Shown here: positions 58,823-64,000 of the stretch, in pieces
How the letters are laid out: every line of letters starts with the position of its first letter
Numbering within the stretch: position 1 is the stretch's first letter
IMG/VR virus record: IMGVR_UViG_3300019742_000001
Reading direction: 5' to 3' (one strand)
From: a virus
Taxonomy: Duplodnaviria > Caudoviricetes
DNA length: 64,000 nucleotides
Program-made: the position numbers and the translations under genes
The notes under the pieces: model-generated
Databases searched by the model: none
What the model was told of the DNA's origin: nothing
What the model saw: the letters and a program-made list of their open reading frames with translations, nothing else

Positions 58823-59461
58823 TTACAAGTTCTTCATTATTTTTTGGATATTTTCCATAATGTAATTGTAATACTCATCTTTTGCGTCACTCTCTGACAT
58901 TATTTGTGAAACTTCATCTTTAACTTCTTGTTCAACATCTGAACCTAATTCCCAAGTCTTTCCTTCAAAAATGCCGTTAACCCACGACGGACCATTTGAT
59001 GGATCTGTTACTAAATCCCATGTAAGTAAATTATAATCTTCGTTAACAGTACCGTCTTCCGATACAGTTCCAAGACCTCTTGAAGAAATACCAATCATCC
59101 CTTCTTTGACAAGAGTCTTTGCGATCTTACCTTGTGGTGTATCTAATATTTTTGCTTTCCCGTACAAGTCTTTCCCGTTCCATTCCAGTGATTCAACTTT
59201 GATGGCGATTTTGTCTGGATTAACTTCTGGGTTAGGTGGATGACCTAATTCACCCCACAGACATTTCTTTTCGATCTTTTCCATGATCTTGTCAACTTCA
59301 CGTTTCATTGTAGATTCTTCGTACACACGGTTGTTATTGTTACGTCTATCGTATGAGGAGAAGATACCAGTTACATACAGATCTCCTCCCTTACTAGATT
59401 CGTTAATTTCAATGTCGTGTGAACATTCTGTAATCAATAATCCTTTCTTCATTTTATTCAC
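58823..59461 (-). CDS. 21: prohead protease gp21
   Basis: NNNNRVYE, WGELGHP, GISSRGLG, WDLVTDPS. Confidence 0.96.
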   Translation of the reverse strand: MNKMKKGLLITECSHDIEINESSKGGDLYVTGIFSSYDRRNNNNRVYEESTMKREVDKIMEKIEKKCLWGELGHPPNPEVNPDKIAIKVESLEWNGKDLYGKAKILDTPQGKIAKTLVKEGMIGISSRGLGTVSEDGTVNEDYNLLTWDLVTDPSNGPSWVNGIFEGKTWELGSDVEQEVKDEVSQIMSESDAKDEYYNYIMENIQKIMKNL

Positions 59462-59468
59462 TCCCTAT

Positions 59469-59687
59469 TTATTCAGAGTCTCCTTCACCACCACCATCAA
59501 CCTCAGTTTCGGTTTCAGTTGGTGTTTCTGTTGGAGGATCTAAATCTCGTTGTAAGTCTAGTTTCTCTTTAAAGTAATCGGTGACAGCACCGTGTATCTC
59601 TTGTTTTAGTGTATCCTTGGCACTTAAAAAATCATCATTTTCAAAATCATCCAAAGCACTCTTAATTTTTTTATCATCTACTGGCAT
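59469..59687 (-). CDS. prohead core protein (gp67-like)
   Basis: Small acidic ORF between gp20 and gp21, as in T4-like phages. Confidence 0.6.
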   Translation of the reverse strand: MPVDDKKIKSALDDFENDDFLSAKDTLKQEIHGAVTDYFKEKLDLQRDLDPPTETPTETETEVDGGGEGDSE

Positions 59688-59719
59688 TTCACATTCTCCT
59701 TGTCACATATTTAATTTAT

Positions 59720-61294
59720 TTAAAATCCGAACCCACCCTCATCATCAGGTAACAATTCTTTGTCTTTCTTAAATCCTTCAGCATTCGCTTGAATATCATC
59801 ATCAGTCCATTTCAAGAACTTCTTTTGTAAATAGTATTTAGAAAATTCTTCATTATTTGATAATGAATTGTAGTTATTAAAACTTGTTTCTAATAATCCT
59901 TGTCTCATATGATCCCTGTATTGATTAGGGGATGTCATTGTCATACGCAATTTATCTTCATCAAGTCCGTATTGTTTCTTTAATCCTTTTAAATCCAAGT
60001 GAACTAAGAACATATTTAACAGTTCCCAACAGAATCTTGTTTGTTGTCTCTCAAGAAACTTAGCCCATTTGATTTCATCACGGGTTATTTCTCCCATTTG
60101 ACCTGATCCAAAGAGTATGTCACCCTCTGTACGGTCTTGTAATGATGATACCCTTGACATAGGATACTTCAACGCCTTATACATCTTACGTTGGAAATAA
60201 TACAAGTCATCCAATTCAGCAAAACCAGATGGGTTACCACCAACAGAATCAACCTGTGAACCACGACCATCAGCAGACTGAGGCAAGAAAAAGTTTTCTA
60301 GTATTGAGAACACTTCTGGATCGTGTGTCAATTTACCTGTCTGTGAATCATATGTTTGTTTCTTGGTAAACTTCTGTTTAATTTTTTCTACATACTTCAT
60401 TGCCTTATCCTTAGGCATATTTCCAGTATCAATACGGAATACAAACCTTTCAGGGGCACGAATCATTCTGTAAATAACGACAGATGTTTCTAACAATCTC
60501 AGATTATTATATGGTTGTTTAACCTTCTCTAAGTAACCAAGAAAGTCACGTTTCGTGTCACCTTGATATCCATAGTGAACTAATGATATTTGGTCAGGAT
60601 AAAAGACAATAATATTAGGGTCTTTCTTCGCATCCTCAACTGTAGGTGGTTTTTGTCTTGGCTTTAATGACAAATACTGGTAATATGCCAGTGTATTGCC
60701 CGTCATAGGGTCATATTCAAAATCCATAGTTTCACATGGTAATTTCTTAATATCTATGATACCTTGTTTTGGTCTGTTCTTATTAATAACGTGTTCAAAA
60801 TAAACCTTACCATCAACAAAATAACTGTACATCAAATCCCACATTTTCCATTTGATCTTTAGTTTTTTGTAGAATAGTTCATTAAACTCATGGTGAATAT
60901 TTTTTGCAATATTGGAATTAGATGATAGTTCGTCATCAGTAATTTCAAGTTTTAATAGTTTTCCTTCGTAATCTTCTTGTGTTGACTCCATAGTGGCATC
61001 TTCAATAACATCAGAAACCTCTGGATACTGAGACATTTCACGGTAATATTTGAGTCGATCCAATTCACTTTGGAACGATTGATTAACGTATGTCTTATAG
61101 AAATTATTAAACCCAAGGGAGTTGTACTGTCCCTGTAAAAGAAAGTCAATGTCCTCAAGACCTTCACCTTGTTTCGCTTTCTTTGTGGTTTCACGTTCCT
61201 TTTTTGGTCTAAATGATTCAATGTGCTCGTCAATCCTTTTCATAGGTTGTTCGTACATTTCACCTAAACCGAACCATTTTCTTTTCTTTTCCAT
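59720..61294 (-). CDS. 20: portal protein gp20
   Basis: YLEKVKQPYNNLRLLETSVVIYR..RAPER.VF.IDTGNMP, ENFFLP. Confidence 0.98.
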   Translation of the reverse strand: MEKKRKWFGLGEMYEQPMKRIDEHIESFRPKKERETTKKAKQGEGLEDIDFLLQGQYNSLGFNNFYKTYVNQSFQSELDRLKYYREMSQYPEVSDVIEDATMESTQEDYEGKLLKLEITDDELSSNSNIAKNIHHEFNELFYKKLKIKWKMWDLMYSYFVDGKVYFEHVINKNRPKQGIIDIKKLPCETMDFEYDPMTGNTLAYYQYLSLKPRQKPPTVEDAKKDPNIIVFYPDQISLVHYGYQGDTKRDFLGYLEKVKQPYNNLRLLETSVVIYRMIRAPERFVFRIDTGNMPKDKAMKYVEKIKQKFTKKQTYDSQTGKLTHDPEVFSILENFFLPQSADGRGSQVDSVGGNPSGFAELDDLYYFQRKMYKALKYPMSRVSSLQDRTEGDILFGSGQMGEITRDEIKWAKFLERQQTRFCWELLNMFLVHLDLKGLKKQYGLDEDKLRMTMTSPNQYRDHMRQGLLETSFNNYNSLSNNEEFSKYYLQKKFLKWTDDDIQANAEGFKKDKELLPDDEGGFGF

Positions 61295-61318
61295 ATAATC
61301 TCCAAGTGTATTCTCTAT

Positions 61319-61326
61319 TATTTATA
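61319..61326 (-). promoter_or_regulatory. T4-type late promoter TATAAATA upstream of gp20
   Basis: Exact octamer 25 bp upstream of the portal ATG. Confidence 0.8.
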
Positions 61327-61876
61327 TATTTTCTACTGGTATTCTTTCCTTTCCGAAAAAAAGATCTATTCCTTCCCTCGTTAGTAGTTGTTTATATACA
61401 AAAAAGTTTTCATTAAAAGGGAAACAAAAACTAGAAATGTTAATGTTATGGGAACGGAAACTGTTCATCATACACTCACATTCATCTTTCGCTTTATTGT
61501 AACCATCCACAACCTTTTTATATTTTATTTTTGGATGGGTGTGACTGTGACCACCTATGAAACAATTATCTGTGTTATATAGTTCTTTGATCTGTGACCA
61601 TTTCATATAATTTGATCTGTCGTTATCTTCTCTATATCGTCTGTGTGATTCGGAACAAGAAACAACATCTTTATTCTGTTCTATATATAATGGACATACG
61701 ATATCCGTGGTAATAAAAAAATATAATGGCTTGTTATATTTTAAAAAGTGTGAGATATTAGTATACTGAGAGTAGAGTCCATCGTCAAATGTGATGATAT
61801 CAAAATCCGACAAATCTTTTGATAAAACATCATCGGTCACCTCATGTATCATTACAACTTTTAACATATCCTCCAC
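61322..61876 (-). CDS. polysaccharide deacetylase (NodB-like)
   Basis: ITFDDG, IGGHSHTHP, FCFPF. Confidence 0.85.
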   Translation of the reverse strand: MEDMLKVVMIHEVTDDVLSKDLSDFDIITFDDGLYSQYTNISHFLKYNKPLYFFITTDIVCPLYIEQNKDVVSCSESHRRYREDNDRSNYMKWSQIKELYNTDNCFIGGHSHTHPKIKYKKVVDGYNKAKDECECMMNSFRSHNINISSFCFPFNENFFVYKQLLTREGIDLFFGKERIPVENI

Positions 61877-62487
61877 ACATCCCTCAATAATTCAATATAA
61901 CCTATTCCATATAATATACCGTCACCACGATTAACATTCCTTATACCAATAAGAGAATTTGGTTTATACCCATCATCACACAACTCAGTTTGATATAAAC
62001 AACACATTTCAATTTTCTCATTAATCACCCCTGTTATATCAACAGCAATATTGAATGTATCATCACCTGAACTACAAGGTATCTTAAATTCTTGTAAAAC
62101 TTTAACATTAGATTTATAAGGTCTACATGCGATACGAGTTGCTTTTGATGTTATAACATGATCTTGGTGTATATCACTAATACTATTTGTTATAACTCTT
62201 TCTGGTTCAAACTTATCAATTTCTTCTTTAATTTGATCTGATAATACATGCAATGGTTTATCAGGTAACGATAAATCATCGTAACCCAATACACTACAAC
62301 TACACCCCAATTTATTCATGTTATTCATAAAAGATGTCTGTCGTTCTATCTTATTTTCAATATCCCTTCCGTTACAAATGGATAACACCTTCACTTGTGT
62401 TGGATCTTCTTGACACAATCTTATAAGTGTCCCACCTAATCCAAATGACTCATCATCCATGTGTGATACCACTACTAAAGTTTTCAT
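61861..62487 (-). CDS. PIG-L/LmbE family deacetylase
   Basis: SHMDDESFGLGGTL, HQDH. Confidence 0.9.
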   Translation of the reverse strand: MKTLVVVSHMDDESFGLGGTLIRLCQEDPTQVKVLSICNGRDIENKIERQTSFMNNMNKLGCSCSVLGYDDLSLPDKPLHVLSDQIKEEIDKFEPERVITNSISDIHQDHVITSKATRIACRPYKSNVKVLQEFKIPCSSGDDTFNIAVDITGVINEKIEMCCLYQTELCDDGYKPNSLIGIRNVNRGDGILYGIGYIELLRDVWRIC

Positions 62488-63401
62488 ATGTTTTTAAAAA
62501 TATCCTCTAAACTATATTTACATTCATAATATTGTTTAATCTTGTTGGTGTTGGGATACCTGACGAATATCTCACCGAAGTTTTCATGAGTGGTCGGTTC
62601 GTATCGTATACTTGATTTCGATTCTAGTGTTCCAATACAAATATCAGCCAGTTCTTTTATGGTACACTTATTTTTGTCGTTACCGATATTATAGATCTCA
62701 CCATCATGTTTTTTGTCAATAAGAATTTTTAACATATCAACAGCATCCCGTATGTCACAGAAACTCCTAATCTGTGTACCAGAACCATTAATTATTAAAT
62801 CAGATCCTCTTTTTGCACTCCGTACAAACCTTGGTACCACATGACCGTAATATGGTAGTTGTGTTGGACCTACTATATTAAAGAACCTTACGATGGTGCT
62901 AGGGAATGTATAAGACCGAATCATAAACTCTGACATGAGTTTAGAACACGCATAACCACCTCTAATTTTATATGGTGATAATATCTCTAACTTGTCTGTC
63001 TCCACAGAACCACTAACAAACTTTGTCTCACCGTAAACCTCTGATGTACTTGCGAAAATTACCTTCTTCTGGTACAATTCAAATAAAGGAAATAAATGAT
63101 TACTGATATTTATGTTGTTTTGTAATGTGATATTTGGATTTGATTGTATCAAATCAACACCTATACTTGCTGCAAAATGATATACAAGATCACACTCTTG
63201 TATTAACCGTTCTGCTTCAATATTAGAATAATCAGAAGTGTCACCTAAATGTATATTGTGACATTTGATACAAGGATCAATGTTTGACTGTTCACCTGTG
63301 GAAAAATTATCTATTAATACAACATCATGTCCATCATCCAATAGTGATTTTGATAATGAACTTCCAATAAACCCAGCACCACCAGTAATAAGTATTTTCA
63401 T
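62484..63401 (-). CDS. NAD-dependent nucleotide-sugar epimerase/dehydratase (extended SDR)
   Basis: ITGGAGFIG, ASTSEVYG, YACSK, RFFNIVGP. Confidence 0.92.
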   Translation of the reverse strand: MKILITGGAGFIGSSLSKSLLDDGHDVVLIDNFSTGEQSNIDPCIKCHNIHLGDTSDYSNIEAERLIQECDLVYHFAASIGVDLIQSNPNITLQNNINISNHLFPLFELYQKKVIFASTSEVYGETKFVSGSVETDKLEILSPYKIRGGYACSKLMSEFMIRSYTFPSTIVRFFNIVGPTQLPYYGHVVPRFVRSAKRGSDLIINGSGTQIRSFCDIRDAVDMLKILIDKKHDGEIYNIGNDKNKCTIKELADICIGTLESKSSIRYEPTTHENFGEIFVRYPNTNKIKQYYECKYSLEDIFKNI

Positions 63402-63967
63402 TTAATATATCTTTCCTTTATTTGAGATATTGTATTTTTACTGTAATCACCAGTATACTGTAATGTACCGTATTCGTCAATATTAGATAAGAACCATTTT
63501 TTGAAAACTTCTATGTCTATATATTCAATCTCGTTTTCATAATCATTGATATCAACTTCATTCATTCTTAATTGTTTCATAAGACCTTTTGTTCTTTTCT
63601 CCCCATAAACTCTAGGGATACGATAGATCAAATGGTTGTCAGTAAGACCTTGTATATAACGTTCAAAGAATAATTTGTATATACCATAATCATTATCTGG
63701 ATGTTCTGCTGCCTCTGAGCTGGCGAATATAAATTTCGCATCGTTATATATGGATTGTTTGAGTATTGATATACTATAATTAACCATAGAAAATGCCATG
63801 TTACTCTTATTTTCAAATTCATACTTATCATTGGGGCTAGCAAAATGTATTACAGTGTCAATGTTGTAATATTGTTTACCGAAATCATAGTGTATAATTT
63901 CTCCTTCCAATTCATCAAGACAATGTGATAGAAGGAACCCTTTTTCACCAGAAACTAAATATCTCAT
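63398..63967 (-). CDS. short SDR epimerase-like protein
   Basis: VSGEKGFL, IFASS, YGIYK, YRIPRVYG. Confidence 0.75.
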   Translation of the reverse strand: MRYLVSGEKGFLLSHCLDELEGEIIHYDFGKQYYNIDTVIHFASPNDKYEFENKSNMAFSMVNYSISILKQSIYNDAKFIFASSEAAEHPDNDYGIYKLFFERYIQGLTDNHLIYRIPRVYGEKRTKGLMKQLRMNEVDINDYENEIEYIDIEVFKKWFLSNIDEYGTLQYTGDYSKNTISQIKERYIK

Positions 63968-64000
63968 ATATACTCCGACGCACTATCTCCCCATATGATT

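Noticed and set aside
1548-61582. Numerous plus-strand and nested minus-strand ORFs in the track
   Set aside because: They are shadows of well-supported genes with no RBS or motifs; only 56251..56514 has independent support
1-64000. Alternative genetic code (stop recoding)
   Set aside because: Conserved genes are full length under code 11, and TAG ends gp23 and gp55 at expected positions
1-64000. tRNA or other structured RNA genes
   Set aside because: Intergenic gaps are nearly all under 100 bp and no cloverleaf or T-loop signature was recognised

Overview
A 64-kb, AT-rich segment of a T4-like contractile-tailed phage genome, divergent from T4 itself. Almost all genes are on the minus strand. 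In transcription order (right to left) it holds: a sugar-modification cluster (two SDR epimerases, a PIG-L deacetylase and a polysaccharide deacetylase); head genes (gp20, gp67-like, gp21, gp22, gp23); one antisense early gene; gp16; PIN-PhoH; and a fractured gp17. Then come neck and tail genes (gp13, 14, 15, 3, 18, 19, 26, 51-like, tape measure), the baseplate (gp48/54-like, 53, 27-like, 5, PAAR, 25, 6, 7-like), a large fibre/adhesin region, gp55, gp47, gp46 and small accessory ORFs. Main observations: (1) TerL is split into two genes by an atypically split intein (31-aa IntN, 108-aa IntC), with a free-standing GIY-YIG endonuclease and its own late promoter between the halves. (2) A U_UUU_UUU slippery site predicts a -1 frameshift fusing gp26 to a start-less gp51-like frame just before the tape measure. 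(3) Four unrelated small ORFs share a C-terminal HF(D/E/K)..LF.I tag. (4) A 5.6-kb two-gene fibre cassette is tandemly duplicated in mosaic fashion. (5) FG-GAP propellers and a GGxGY module are grafted onto several virion proteins. All family calls come from motif recognition by eye; no database search was run.
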